DNA of 64,000 nucleotides from an uncultured Pseudomonadota bacterium (GCA_963749075.1 CAVVLJ010000020.1:384001-448000); one strand, 5' to 3'; shown: positions 19,141 to 29,211, numbered from the stretch's first letter. Notes: generated from the sequence alone by a model not told the origin. Numbers and translations are program-made.

Positions 19141-19348
19141 GCGCGCGACTCAGGGCTCGCTTTAATCGACATTCTCCAGACGACCAAGAAAGGTAACATT
19201 CCGCTGGGATGCCCGGAAGCGAAAAGGCGCCGCCGCGAGCTCATCATCACTATCGTCGGCGCGATCCTGCCGCTCATGTCGCTGGCAATCCCCGTCATCG
19301 GCGGCGCGCACCGCTGGCGACCGGCAGAGGCAGACGGGGAGCGTCCGC

Positions 19349-20533
19349 TCACGCGCCGAGCGCCCGCTGCGCGTGCTGCAGGTTGCCCAAGACGCGCTCC
19401 CGCTCGCCGGCCGGCAGCTGGGTGCCGTCGAGCAGCATTTGGCAGACGCGCTCCGATTCGCGGTGTTCGCCTATCCAGTAGGTCGCGACCGCATATTCGT
19501 CCCAGTTGAGCCAGTCGTAGCATTCGCCCTCGATGAACAGATAGTCGCTGGCCGGCCGCGGGATTTCGGTGGCGCGCTTGGAGAAGAGATGCGCCAGCGC
19601 GTACCGGTTGCGTTCCCGGTAGAAGCGCGCCAGGCGGACGAGCGGCTCGGCCCGCTGCATGCGGTATTGGTAGGTCTGCAGATAGCACTCGACCACCGTC
19701 GCCTCGGGAAGCCCCAGGCTCTCGCTCAGGCGGGCGATCTGGTAGAGCGAATACCACACCTCTTCGACCCAGCCACCGAGCTCGGCGCGGCGCCGGTAAG
19801 TCTCGAGGGCGTCTTCCGGCCGCCCCATGTCCCTGTAGGTTTGCGCAAGATAGAAGATGTTGCGCGGCTTGAGCAGCCGCGCTTCGCCGAGAGGCTCCTT
19901 GAGATCGGCGCGCTCCGGCTCGTAGGCGGCCTGCCGCTCGAGCTCCTCGAGCGCCTCGAGGTCGCGCGTGAGGAGGGCGATGTCGCGGCTGTATTTCTCC
20001 GGCCTGCTGCTGCCGTCGGCATAGTCCAGGAACTCGATGGCATCGGTCAGCGGGGGGTCGCGGTGGATGTCGGGCGACACGCTGGCGCAATATTCGTGGG
20101 TCGAGCCCCAGTAGCGCCAGCGCCGGCCCCCGGTCAGGCGCGCGTTGACCAGGCGGACGTTGCCGTAGAAAAATCCCCATTGGTTGCGCTGGATGACGAG
20201 ATAGACGTCGGCCGCGAGCTTCTCCTTCCAGGCGGGGTCGCGCACCGTCAAGGTCATGTCCGCGTCGCAAAACAAGAGATAGTCCGCCTTGCCCTCCGCG
20301 AGACGGATCGCCTCGGTGCGATTATGGGCGAAATCGCGCCAGGGCCGCGCGTGGAGCTCGCCCGGAATCCCCCTCAAGTGGTCGAGAACGAGCTGTTGGG
20401 TGCCGTCGCCCGACCCCGTATCGACGATCACCCAGTAGTCGATGAACGGCCGCAGCGAGTCGAGGCAGCGCCCGATGACCCGGGACTCGTTCTTGACGAT
20501 CATGTTCAGGCAGACGCTGCGCTGCTGCGGCAA
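19349..20533 (-). CDS. GT2 glycosyltransferase with C-terminal TPR repeats
   Basis: CLNMIVKNE, IVDTGSGDGT, DFAHNR, CDAD, HE; FYLAQTYRD TPR region; TTG start after AAGGAG. Confidence 0.88.
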   Translation of the reverse strand: MPQQRSVCLNMIVKNESRVIGRCLDSLRPFIDYWVIVDTGSGDGTQQLVLDHLRGIPGELHARPWRDFAHNRTEAIRLAEGKADYLLFCDADMTLTVRDPAWKEKLAADVYLVIQRNQWGFFYGNVRLVNARLTGGRRWRYWGSTHEYCASVSPDIHRDPPLTDAIEFLDYADGSSRPEKYSRDIALLTRDLEALEELERQAAYEPERADLKEPLGEARLLKPRNIFYLAQTYRDMGRPEDALETYRRRAELGGWVEEVWYSLYQIARLSESLGLPEATVVECYLQTYQYRMQRAEPLVRLARFYRERNRYALAHLFSKRATEIPRPASDYLFIEGECYDWLNWDEYAVATYWIGEHRESERVCQMLLDGTQLPAGERERVLGNLQHAQRALGA

Positions 20534-20867
20534 TGGGGCTCTCCTTCGGCGGCCGCCGGGGCGAGGGTGCGGCACTCGGCTCGCCCGGACTGGCCCCGGT
20601 CCGGGCTCCCGGGAGCGCGGCGGAAGTCTAGCAGAAGCGGGCATGGCGGCGGCAATGGCGCGCGCGCGGCATGGCAGACCGCCCAACGCCCTGCCGCGCG
20701 CACTTCCGCCAGGATTCCTTCTTGCGCAGCCGCCGCAACTCCCTTAAATTCGCTTAAAATTGATAACATCGACGGCAAGCCCGCATTGCTTGCCAGCCAC
20801 AGCGAGATGGCCCGCGCCAGAGAGATTGCGCGACGGTTCAAGTGGTTAGGGCGTTCGCTAGGGGGCC

Positions 20868-20883
20868 TGGCACAACGGTTGCA
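20868..20883 (+). promoter_or_regulatory. Sigma-54 (-24/-12) promoter
   Basis: TGGCACAACGGTTGCA with exact GG-N10-GC spacing, about 175 nt upstream of the FecR/repeat gene. Confidence 0.75.
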
Positions 20884-21058
20884 TCTTAAGGCGGGCGATG
20901 AATTGCCGCACTGAATGGGCACCCGGAGCGCAGGCAACTCGGAGGACGGCGTCGCCGCTTCCGGGGAAGCCCGTGGGCTGACGCCCGATCTGTCGGGCGG
21001 CGGCCAGGACGAAGCGTGAAGCGCGCGGGGATCAGCCGCGCCGGCGGGGGAGCAGGGG

Positions 21059-24000
21059 ATGCGCGGGGTCACGTCTCGAAACGCGCTTCGCGAGAGGCTG
21101 TTAGCCGAAGCCGCCCGCTCGGTCTTCGTGGCGCTGCTCGGCCTGGGCGGCGGCGCCGGGTCCGTTGCGGCGGCCCAAGAGACGGTCGGCGTCACCTCCG
21201 CGGTCAATCCGGAGGCGGTGGGTCAGCCGCCGAATGAGCCGGAGAGCACGCTCATCGTCGGCCACGACATCATGCGCAATGAGCGCATCGCCACGAAGGG
21301 CCTGGGTCAGACGCAGATCCTCTTCGTGGACCAGTCGTCGCTGACGGTTGCCCCCAACTCGGAAGTGGTGATCGACGAGTTCGTCTACGACCCGCGCAAG
21401 CAGGCGGGCAACATGGTCGCGAATTTGACCACCGGCCTGCTCCGCTACGTGGGCGGCAAGGTGAGCAAGCAGAAGGACGTCACCTTCATGACGCCTTCGG
21501 CCGCGATCACCGTGCGCGGCGGCATCCTCTTCGTCAAGGTCGGCGCCAACGACCAGGTCACGGCGACCTTCGGCTTCGGCGAGCATATGTGCGTGCTCGC
21601 GGACGGACACAAGGTCTGCACCAACGTGCCCGGCACCTCGGTCGCCGTGCCGGGATCGGGCCAGCCTCCGTCAGCGCCCTTCGCGACCTCGCCTGCCGCC
21701 CTCCAGAGCATGATCGGCGAACTGGAAGGCGACGATCCGAACGCCCTCGCGGCCGTCATCGGCTCGATAGCACCACGAGCCGGGGGCGACCAGGGAAACC
21801 CGGGCCTAGGCGATGCCGGCCCGCCTTCGGGCGGCGGCAATGGGCTGGGCTCTTATTCGAACAGCGGGCCACAGACCTTCATTCCCAACCCGACGCCGAC
21901 GCCCACTCCGACGCCGGCGCCAACTCCTGCTCCGACACCTACGCCGACACCCACGCCGGCGCCGACACCCGCACCCACGCCCACCCCGACGCCCACGCCT
22001 ACTCCTACTCCTACGCCGACGCCGACGCCGACGCCGACACCCACGCCAACGCCAACGCCAACGCCGACCCCGACGCCCACGCCAACGCCAACGCCAACGC
22101 CGTCAAAGCACCACCATCACCACCACCATCACCATTACCAGTTCGAGTACCACCATCATTATTGGTACGACCACCATTGGTACGGCCATAGCGGCTCGTC
22201 GGGCCACAGCGGCTCCTCGGGCTACACCGGTTCCTCTGGACACAGCGGCAGCTCCGGCTTCTCCGGCTCGTCCGGGCACAGCGGGAGCTCCGGCGACAAG
22301 GGCTCGTCCGGGCATAGCGGGAGCTCCGGTGACAAGGGCTCGTCCGGCCATAGCGGCAGCTCCGGCTTCAGCGGCTCGTCCGGGCACAGCGGGAGTTCCG
22401 GCGACAAGGGCTCGTCCGGCCATAGCGGCAGCTCCGGCTTCAGCGGCTCGTCCGGGCACAGCGGGAGTTCCGGCGACAAGGGCTCGTCCGGCCACAGCGG
22501 CAGCTCCGGCTTCAGCGGCTCGTCCGGGCACAGCGGCTACTCCGGCTCCTCGGGCCATAGCGGCAGCTCCGGCTTCTCCGGCTCGTCCGGGCACAGCGGG
22601 AGCTCCGGCGACAAGGGCTCGTCCGGCCATAGCGGCAGCTCCGGCTTCTCCGGCTCGTCCGGGCACAGCGGGAGCTCCGGCGACAAGGGCTCGTCCGGCC
22701 ACAGCGGCAGCTCCGGCTTCAGCGGCTCGTCCGGCCACAGCGGGAGCTCCGGCGACAAGGGCTCGTCTGGCCACAGCGGCAGCTCCGGCTTCAGCGGCTC
22801 GTCCGGCGGCCACAGCGGCAGCTCCGGCTCGAGCGGCTCGTCCGGCGGCCACAGCGGCAGCTCTGGCTCGAGCGGCTCGTCCGGCGGCCACAGCGGCAGC
22901 TCCGGCTCGAGCGGCTCGTCCGGCGGCCACAGCGGCAGCTCCGGCTCGAGCGGCTCGTCTGGCGGCCACAGCGGCAGCTCCGGCTCGAGCGGCTCGTCCG
23001 GCGGCCACAGCGGCAGCTCCGGCTCGAGCGGCTCGTCCGGCGGCCACAGCGGCAGCTCTGGCTCGAGCGGCTCGTCCGGCGGCCACAGCGGCAGCTCCGG
23101 CTCGAGCGGCTCGTCCGGCGGCCACAGCGGCAGCTCCGGCTCGAGCGGCTCGTCTGGCGGCCATAGCGGCAGCTCCGGCTCTAGCGGCTCCTCGGGCTCC
23201 AGCGGCTCGTCCGGCTCCAGCGGCAGCTCCGGCTCGAGCGGCTCGTCTGGCGGCCATAGCGGCAGCTCCGGCTCTAGCGGCTCCTCGGGCTCCAGCGGCT
23301 CGTCCGGCTCCAGCGGCAGCTCCGGCTCGAGCGGCTCGTCTGGCGGCCATAGCGGCAGCTCCGGCTCTAGCGGCTCCTCGGGCTCTAGCGGCTCGTCCGG
23401 CTCCAGCGGCAGCTCCGGCTCGAGCGGCTCGTCTGGCGGCCATAGCGGCAGCTCCGGCTCGAGCGGCTCGTCTGGCGGCCATAGCGGCAGCTCCGGCTCG
23501 AGCGGTGCCTCGGGCTCGAGCGGCTCGTCTGGCGGCCACAGCGGCAGCTCTGGCTCGAGCGGCTCGTCCGGCTCCAGCGGCAGCTCTGGCTCGAGCGGCG
23601 CCTCGGGCTCGAGCGGCTCGTCCGGCTCGAGCGGCAGCTCCGGCTCGAGCGGTGCCTCGGGCTCGAGCGGCTCGTCCGGCGGCCATAGCGGCAGCTCCGG
23701 CTCGAGCGGTGCCTCGGGCTCGAGCGGCTCGTCCGGCGGCCATAGCGGCAGCTCCGGCTCGAGCGGCTCCTCGGGTCACAGCGGCAGCTCGGGCAACGCC
23801 AACAACTTGGGCGCGAGCGGAGACTCCGGCTCGTCGGGCCATAGCGGCAGCTCCGGCTTCAGCGGCTCGTCGGGCCATAGCGGCAGCTCCGGCTTCAGCG
23901 GCTCGTCGGGCCATAGCGGCAGCTCCGGCTCCAGCGGCTCGTCCGGTCATAGCGGCTCGTCGGGCCATAGCGGCTCGTCCGGGCACAGCGGGAGCTCCGG

Positions 24001-24418
24001 CTCCAAGGGCTCGTCGGGCCACAGCGGCTCCTCCGGGGACCACGGCTCGAGCGGCTCGTCAAGCCACAAGGACGGTAAGCACGACTACGACCGTTACACT
24101 TTCCACCGCGGGCACGAGCGCGATCTGCACGACGGCAGCGAGCACTCCAGCGGCTGGTCCGATCATAAGGACGCCAAGCACGACTACGACAAATACACGT
24201 TCCACCGCGGCAAGGACCACGAACGGCACGACAGCGGCGATCACGCCAGCAGCTGGTACCGCGATAAATTCCAGAACTATCTCGACCGCTTCGGGAAGGA
24301 GATGGACCGCTGGAAGAGAGCTGCCGAGGACCACCGCAGATGGCGGACGTGGCGCGAGCACTTCGGCATCTCGAAGGGCAAGCACCACGAGCACGATAAG
24401 GACAAGGAAGGCCACTGA
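21059..24418 (+). CDS. Exported FecR-domain protein with Pro-Thr linker, His tract, long Gly-X-Y Ser-rich repeat and His-rich tail
   Basis: Signal peptide, FecR-like [27 protein letters not shown]...[10 protein letters not shown]; 1119-aa frame stays open through all repeats. Confidence 0.85.
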   Translation: MRGVTSRNALRERLLAEAARSVFVALLGLGGGAGSVAAAQETVGVTSAVNPEAVGQPPNEPESTLIVGHDIMRNERIATKGLGQTQILFVDQSSLTVAPNSEVVIDEFVYDPRKQAGNMVANLTTGLLRYVGGKVSKQKDVTFMTPSAAITVRGGILFVKVGANDQVTATFGFGEHMCVLADGHKVCTNVPGTSVAVPGSGQPPSAPFATSPAALQSMIGELEGDDPNALAAVIGSIAPRAGGDQGNPGLGDAGPPSGGGNGLGSYSNSGPQTFIPNPTPTPTPTPAPTPAPTPTPTPTPAPTPAPTPTPTPTPTPTPTPTPTPTPTPTPTPTPTPTPTPTPTPTPTPSKHHHHHHHHHYQFEYHHHYWYDHHWYGHSGSSGHSGSSGYTGSSGHSGSSGFSGSSGHSGSSGDKGSSGHSGSSGDKGSSGHSGSSGFSGSSGHSGSSGDKGSSGHSGSSGFSGSSGHSGSSGDKGSSGHSGSSGFSGSSGHSGYSGSSGHSGSSGFSGSSGHSGSSGDKGSSGHSGSSGFSGSSGHSGSSGDKGSSGHSGSSGFSGSSGHSGSSGDKGSSGHSGSSGFSGSSGGHSGSSGSSGSSGGHSGSSGSSGSSGGHSGSSGSSGSSGGHSGSSGSSGSSGGHSGSSGSSGSSGGHSGSSGSSGSSGGHSGSSGSSGSSGGHSGSSGSSGSSGGHSGSSGSSGSSGGHSGSSGSSGSSGSSGSSGSSGSSGSSGSSGGHSGSSGSSGSSGSSGSSGSSGSSGSSGSSGGHSGSSGSSGSSGSSGSSGSSGSSGSSGSSGGHSGSSGSSGSSGGHSGSSGSSGASGSSGSSGGHSGSSGSSGSSGSSGSSGSSGASGSSGSSGSSGSSGSSGASGSSGSSGGHSGSSGSSGASGSSGSSGGHSGSSGSSGSSGHSGSSGNANNLGASGDSGSSGHSGSSGFSGSSGHSGSSGFSGSSGHSGSSGSSGSSGHSGSSGHSGSSGHSGSSGSKGSSGHSGSSGDHGSSGSSSHKDGKHDYDRYTFHRGHERDLHDGSEHSSGWSDHKDAKHDYDKYTFHRGKDHERHDSGDHASSWYRDKFQNYLDRFGKEMDRWKRAAEDHRRWRTWREHFGISKGKHHEHDKDKEGH
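21890..22102 (+). repeat. Coding (Pro-Thr)n repeat
   Basis: CCNACN hexamer array with variable third positions. Confidence 0.9.
22183..24060 (+). repeat. Coding Gly-X-Y repeat array (GSS/GHS/GFS/GDK/GAS)
   Basis: 9-bp base periodicity with higher-order blocks including a 39-bp [13 protein letters not shown] unit. Confidence 0.95.
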
Positions 24419-24546
24419 GGCCGCCCCGCCTTCCTGACCTGCTTGCCGAGTGCCGAGTGTTGCCGCGCCGGCAAGCGGGCTCGGTTCATTGAGCTCGCAG
24501 CGATTGCGTGGCTCGCAAGGGGCCGCACTTCGCCCTGCGCCGGCGG

Positions 24547-26781
24547 CTATTTCGTGAGCGCGACGAACACCCCGTCCCAATCGGCGGGCGGCGGCTCCGC
24601 GCGGAAGCGCGCGATGCGGCCCTCGTAGAGCGTGTAGAGCGCCTGGAGCGTCTCGGGTGCCTGCGAGCTGCAGGCCTCGAGGTACCGGCACGCCTCGGCC
24701 CAGCGCCGCTCCCGATAGGCGGCCAGCATGGCGTCGTGGTCGGCCTTGAGCGCCGCGAAGGCGGAGTTCGCCGCGATCCCGGCGTCGCCGACGAGGGCGA
24801 AGATGTGCACCGGCACGGCCTTGCCCTTGACCCGCACCAGGTCGAGCTCGATGAAGGCGAGCCCCTCAGCCTCCTCGGCCGTCTTCTCGCCCACCACGAT
24901 ATCGACGCCGTAGCTCGCCGACTGCCCCTCGAGCCGCGAGGCCAGGTTCACGTCGTCGCCGAGCACCGAATAGTCGAAGCGCTGGGCCGAGCCCAGGTTG
25001 CCGACGCAGCAGGTGCCCGTATTGAGGCCGATGCCGATGCGCACCTGGTGGAAGGGGCGGTCCTCGGCCGCGGCTTCCTCGCGCCAGCTCTCATTGAGGC
25101 GCACGAGCTCGCTGCGCATGGCGAGCGCTGCGCGGCAGGCATGCTCGGAATGGCTCGCATCGTCGAGCGGCGCGTTCCAGAACGCCATGATGGCGTCGCC
25201 CATGTATTTGTCGACGGTGCCGCCAGCGGCAAGGATGGCGTCCGTCATGGGCGTCAAGAAGCGGTTGATGAAGCTGGTGAGGCCGTGGGCGTCGAGGCGT
25301 TCGGCGATCCCGGTGAAGCCGCGGATGTCGCTGAACATGAGCGTCATCTCGCGCATCTCCCCGCCGAGCACGAGCCGCTCGGGATGGCGCGAGAGCTGTT
25401 CGACGATGGCCGGCGCCAGATAGCGCCCGAAGGCGTGGCGCACGCGGCGGCGCTCGTTCTCCGTGCGGAAGAACAGCACGGCCGAGGAGGAGAGGTAGAC
25501 GAGGAGCACCACGATCGAGGGGAACGCCGGGTCGAACAAGAGATTGTGCGCGGCATAGGCGTACCATGACGCGCCGAACGCCGAAGCCATGGCGCCAAGG
25601 CCGAGGAAGGCCGTCCAGCGGGCACCCACCTTGGGCAGCAGCAAGAGGAGGGCGATCCCGATCACCAGCATGTAGACGAGCTCGGCCCCGAGCGCCCAAT
25701 TGGGCCGCTCGAGCGAGTCGCCGAGCAGCATCTGCTCGGTGAGCTGGGCATGGATCTCGACGCCCGGCGCGTCGGGGTCGAGCGGCGTCGGGCGGAATTC
25801 CTTGAGGCCCTGGGCGGTGGTGCCGACATAGACGATGTTGCCCTTGATCATGTCCGGGTCCACGCTGCCGTCGAGCACCTTCCAGGCGGGTACGTAGCGC
25901 TCGGGGACGGGTGGCGTGAAGTGGAGCCAGACGGTGCCGCGCGAATCGGTCGGCACCACGAGCCGGCCGACCTTGATCGAGTTCACGCCCACGTGCTCGC
26001 CGAAGCTCCTGACGCCGTTGGCACCCGTCGACTTGATGATGTAGGTGTGCGCCCCCTGCGCCACGCGCAGGGTCTCGAGCGCCACCGCCGGATAGAGCCA
26101 ATAATCGTCGAGGCCGCTCACGAGGGGCACCCGGCGGGTGATCCCGTCGATCCCGAGGATGTCGTTGAAGGTGCCGTTGCCCGCGGCGGCCGCCTCGATG
26201 CTGCCGATATTGACGACGGCGCCGCGGAACTGCGGGACCCAGGGCCGCGGATCGTCGCCGGCGATGGCGAAGCTGGCCTTTTCCCGCGGCAGGAGCGCGC
26301 CGTGCCGGTGGGTGAGCACGAAGCCGGTCACCACGCGGCTGCGCCGGATCGCGTCGCCGAGCACGTCGTCGTGGTCGGGGAGCGCCTCGATGCGCTGGAC
26401 CAGGGGGTCGTTGGGATCGAGTCCCTTGAGGTCCCCGAGGGTGTACGCCGGCGAGGTGCGGTCCGGCTCGGCAAAGACGATGTCGAAAGCGGTCACCGCG
26501 GCGCCGAGCGCGGTCAGCCGGTCGACCAGCTTGGCCATGAGCGTGCGCGGCCACGGCCATTGACCGAGGCGCGTCAGGCTGTCGTCGTCGATGTCGACGA
26601 TGCGCACCGGCACCGGCTCGTAGTCGCGCGGCTTGAGGCGCATGTAATCGTCGAAGACGAAGAGCCGCAGCTGCTCGAGCGGCACCGGCTCGGCGGCCCA
26701 GCCGGCGAGCGCTGCAAGAAGGATGACGAGGGGCACCAGAAGGTGCAGCTTGCTCTTGAGAAGGCGCTTCGCCTGTTGCAT
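24547..26781 (-). CDS. CHASE2-domain class III adenylate/guanylate cyclase
   Basis: IVDIDD..LGQWPWPR (CHASE2), TM helices, FSDIRGFT, DKYMGDAIMAFW, GDDVNLASRLEG. Confidence 0.93.
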   Translation of the reverse strand: MQQAKRLLKSKLHLLVPLVILLAALAGWAAEPVPLEQLRLFVFDDYMRLKPRDYEPVPVRIVDIDDDSLTRLGQWPWPRTLMAKLVDRLTALGAAVTAFDIVFAEPDRTSPAYTLGDLKGLDPNDPLVQRIEALPDHDDVLGDAIRRSRVVTGFVLTHRHGALLPREKASFAIAGDDPRPWVPQFRGAVVNIGSIEAAAAGNGTFNDILGIDGITRRVPLVSGLDDYWLYPAVALETLRVAQGAHTYIIKSTGANGVRSFGEHVGVNSIKVGRLVVPTDSRGTVWLHFTPPVPERYVPAWKVLDGSVDPDMIKGNIVYVGTTAQGLKEFRPTPLDPDAPGVEIHAQLTEQMLLGDSLERPNWALGAELVYMLVIGIALLLLLPKVGARWTAFLGLGAMASAFGASWYAYAAHNLLFDPAFPSIVVLLVYLSSSAVLFFRTENERRRVRHAFGRYLAPAIVEQLSRHPERLVLGGEMREMTLMFSDIRGFTGIAERLDAHGLTSFINRFLTPMTDAILAAGGTVDKYMGDAIMAFWNAPLDDASHSEHACRAALAMRSELVRLNESWREEAAAEDRPFHQVRIGIGLNTGTCCVGNLGSAQRFDYSVLGDDVNLASRLEGQSASYGVDIVVGEKTAEEAEGLAFIELDLVRVKGKAVPVHIFALVGDAGIAANSAFAALKADHDAMLAAYRERRWAEACRYLEACSSQAPETLQALYTLYEGRIARFRAEPPPADWDGVFVALTK

Positions 26782-26790
26782 GGCGCCATG

Positions 26791-27600
26791 CTACCCGCTG
26801 GCGCGCCGCTCCGCCACATGGCCGGCGAGGGCGGCAATCAGCTGCTCGAGGACGGGGCGCAGCCGCTCGGCGCGCTCGGCGCGGTAGCGGAAGGGCGGGC
26901 TCTCGTCCATGTAGGTGATCTGGCTGAGCTCGAGCTGGACGGCCTGCACGGCGTCCGCGGGGCGGCCGTACCGCCGCGTGATGTAGCCGCCGGTGAAGCG
27001 GCCGTCGAGCACGCTCGTGAAGCCCTCGGCGCTCTGGCAGAGCTCGAAGAGCCTGCGGGCGAGGCCGGCCTCCATGCTGGCGCCCTTGGCGGTGCCCAGG
27101 TTGAGGTCGGGGAGGCGGCCAGGGAAGAAGCGCGGCACGCGCGAGCGGATCGAGTGGGCGTCGAATAGGATGGCGAAGCCGAACTTGCCGCGGATGCGCT
27201 CCAGCTCGTGTGTGACGCGGTCGTGATAGGGCTTCCAATAGACGTTGATGCGGCGGTGCACCTCCTCGGCGTCGGGCTCCTCGCTTGGGCGGTAGAGCGG
27301 CAGACGCTCGAAGGTGTCGAGCGGGACGACGCCGGTGTTCTCGGCACCCGGATAGAGGGCCTCGCCGCTCGGGTCGCGGTTGAGATCGACCACATAGCGC
27401 GAGAAGTTCGCCATCAGGAAATGGGCGCCGAGCGCGCCCGCGAATTCATAGAGCCGGTCGACGTGCCAGTCGGTATCGGCCAGCACGAGCGCGGCGGGCG
27501 TCATGCGCGCCGCCAAGTGATCTGGAACGCTCGTGCCACAATGGGGGATCGAGATGAGGAGCGGTGTGCTTCCCGGGAGGAGACGGTAGATTTCGCTCAC
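26791..27600 (-). CDS. hutG: N-formylglutamate deformylase
   Basis: PLLISIPH, DTDWHV, SRYVVDLNR, DAHSIRS, GRFTGGYITR, VQLEL. Confidence 0.9.
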   Translation of the reverse strand: MSEIYRLLPGSTPLLISIPHCGTSVPDHLAARMTPAALVLADTDWHVDRLYEFAGALGAHFLMANFSRYVVDLNRDPSGEALYPGAENTGVVPLDTFERLPLYRPSEEPDAEEVHRRINVYWKPYHDRVTHELERIRGKFGFAILFDAHSIRSRVPRFFPGRLPDLNLGTAKGASMEAGLARRLFELCQSAEGFTSVLDGRFTGGYITRRYGRPADAVQAVQLELSQITYMDESPPFRYRAERAERLRPVLEQLIAALAGHVAERRASG

Positions 27601-27625
27601 GGCTTCTCCCCGCGTGAGAGGGCTT

Positions 27626-28642
27626 CTAGGCCGAACCCCGCGCGCCTTCCGTGAGGAGGCGGCAGTAGAGCGCCGCATCCACGTTGCCGCCCGAGCAGAC
27701 GACCGCGACCGCGCGCCCGGCAATAGGCAGCTTGCCGGCGAGCACGGCCGCGAGCGCCACGGCACCCCCCGGCTCGACCACCAGCTTGAAATGCTCGAAG
27801 GCTGCCGCCATGGCCGCTGCCACCTCGGCTTCGCTCACGGCAAAGCCGCTCGCGACGCGGCCCTGCATGGCGGCGAAGGTGAGCTCGCCCGGCTGCTCCG
27901 CCATGAGCGCATCGCAGATCGAGCGTCCGCCGCTGGCGTTGCTCACGCGCCTGCCTGCCGCGAGCGAGCGGGCGGTGTCGTCGAAGCCTTCCGGCTCGAC
28001 GCTGTGCACGCGCGTCGCCGGCGAGAGCTCGCTGAGGGCGATCGCGATGCCCGAGGCGAGCCCGCCGCCGCTCGCGGGCACCGCCACCGCGGCAAGCTCG
28101 ACGCCGAGCGCCGCCGCATCCTCGGCGATCTCCAGGCCCGCGGTGCCCTGGCCCGCGATGATCTCGGGGTCGTCGTAGGGCCGCACGAGCGTGGCGCCGC
28201 GCTCGGCCAGGAGCCGCGCCGCGACCGCCTCCCGGTCCTCCTTGTAGCGGTCGTAGAACACCACCTCGGCACCGTAGCCGCGGGTATTGGCGACCTTGAT
28301 GGCGGGCGCATCGGCCGGCATGACGATCACGGCCGGCATGGCGAGAAGCTGGGCCGCGGCCGCAACGCCCTGCGCATGGTTGCCGGAGGAGAAGGCGACG
28401 ACGCCGCGCGCCCGCGCCTCGGCGGGGATCTGGCTCATGCGGTTATAGGCGCCGCGGAACTTGAACGAGCCCGTGCGCTGCAGCGTCTCGGCCTTGACGA
28501 AGAGCCGGCCGCCGAGCCGGGCATCGAGCACCGGCGATGCGAGGAGCGGGGTGCGCACCGCCTGCCCGGCAAGCCGCGCCGCGGCCGCGCGCACCGCCGC
28601 CAGCGTCGAAATCGCCTTTATCTCGGGCCTCGCGTCGTTCAT
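27626..28642 (-). CDS. Threonine/serine dehydratase (serine racemase-like)
   Basis: LQRTGSFKFRGA, SSGNHAQG, SGGGL, VEPGGA, SGGN. Confidence 0.9.
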   Translation of the reverse strand: MNDARPEIKAISTLAAVRAAAARLAGQAVRTPLLASPVLDARLGGRLFVKAETLQRTGSFKFRGAYNRMSQIPAEARARGVVAFSSGNHAQGVAAAAQLLAMPAVIVMPADAPAIKVANTRGYGAEVVFYDRYKEDREAVAARLLAERGATLVRPYDDPEIIAGQGTAGLEIAEDAAALGVELAAVAVPASGGGLASGIAIALSELSPATRVHSVEPEGFDDTARSLAAGRRVSNASGGRSICDALMAEQPGELTFAAMQGRVASGFAVSEAEVAAAMAAAFEHFKLVVEPGGAVALAAVLAGKLPIAGRAVAVVCSGGNVDAALYCRLLTEGARGSA

Positions 28643-28849
28643 GGGCTCACCCCCCTCTCGAGAAAGTATATGACGACACGAGGCGCCTGCAACCGCGGCC
28701 TGGCTCCCGCGGCCTGGCTCCCGGCCGGCCCGCCCGCCCCGCCTGCGGCAAGCGGTCCCATGGCGTGGCCCCGATCTTGCTCTACCTCGAGGGAGCGGGG
28801 AGAAGGCTTCCCGTTCGGATGCAGGATCAGGATAGCGAGAGGTTCGGTC

Positions 28850-29038
28850 ATGGCATGGGTCGCAACGCACGGGCAAAACAGCCGGGAAATGGTCTCCGAG
28901 CGGCCGGCAAAAGCCGCGCGATCCGGCCTTCTTCGGCGGCTGAGAGGGGTGCGGGACATCTCCCTCCTGCTCACCGCCTGGCTGGGCAGCTGGGCCCTAG
29001 TGGTCCTCGTGGCCAGAGGCCTGTGGGGCATCCTCTAA
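28850..29038 (+). CDS. Small putative membrane protein (62 aa)
   Basis: GAGG SD before ATG; C-terminal hydrophobic helix. Confidence 0.45.
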   Translation: MAWVATHGQNSREMVSERPAKAARSGLLRRLRGVRDISLLLTAWLGSWALVVLVARGLWGIL

Positions 29039-29211
29039 GCGCGCCGTCGCCAGGCGGAGCCCACCCGCTTCGCAATTTGCAAATTGCAAGGCAAATTGCC
29101 TAAAATCCACTTCAAATCTGCTGAGCTCCTCGCGCTCCTCGTCTTAGGCCGCATCCGCACCTCCCAAGGAGGCTTGCAGCGCCGCGCGATGCCTGGCGCA
29201 GCGCGGCCCGC

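Noticed and set aside
22183-24060. Ice-nucleation protein (InaZ) or CRISPR-like DNA array
   Set aside because: No AGYGSTxT octapeptide; periodicity is a codon triplet with synonymous variation and there are no unique spacers
21813-24437. Long Ala/Arg/Pro ORFs (874 aa on +, 646 aa on -) and PELPL ORFs over the repeat
   Set aside because: Alternative-frame shadows of the Gly-Ser coding repeat; only the 21059 frame has a signal peptide and a domain
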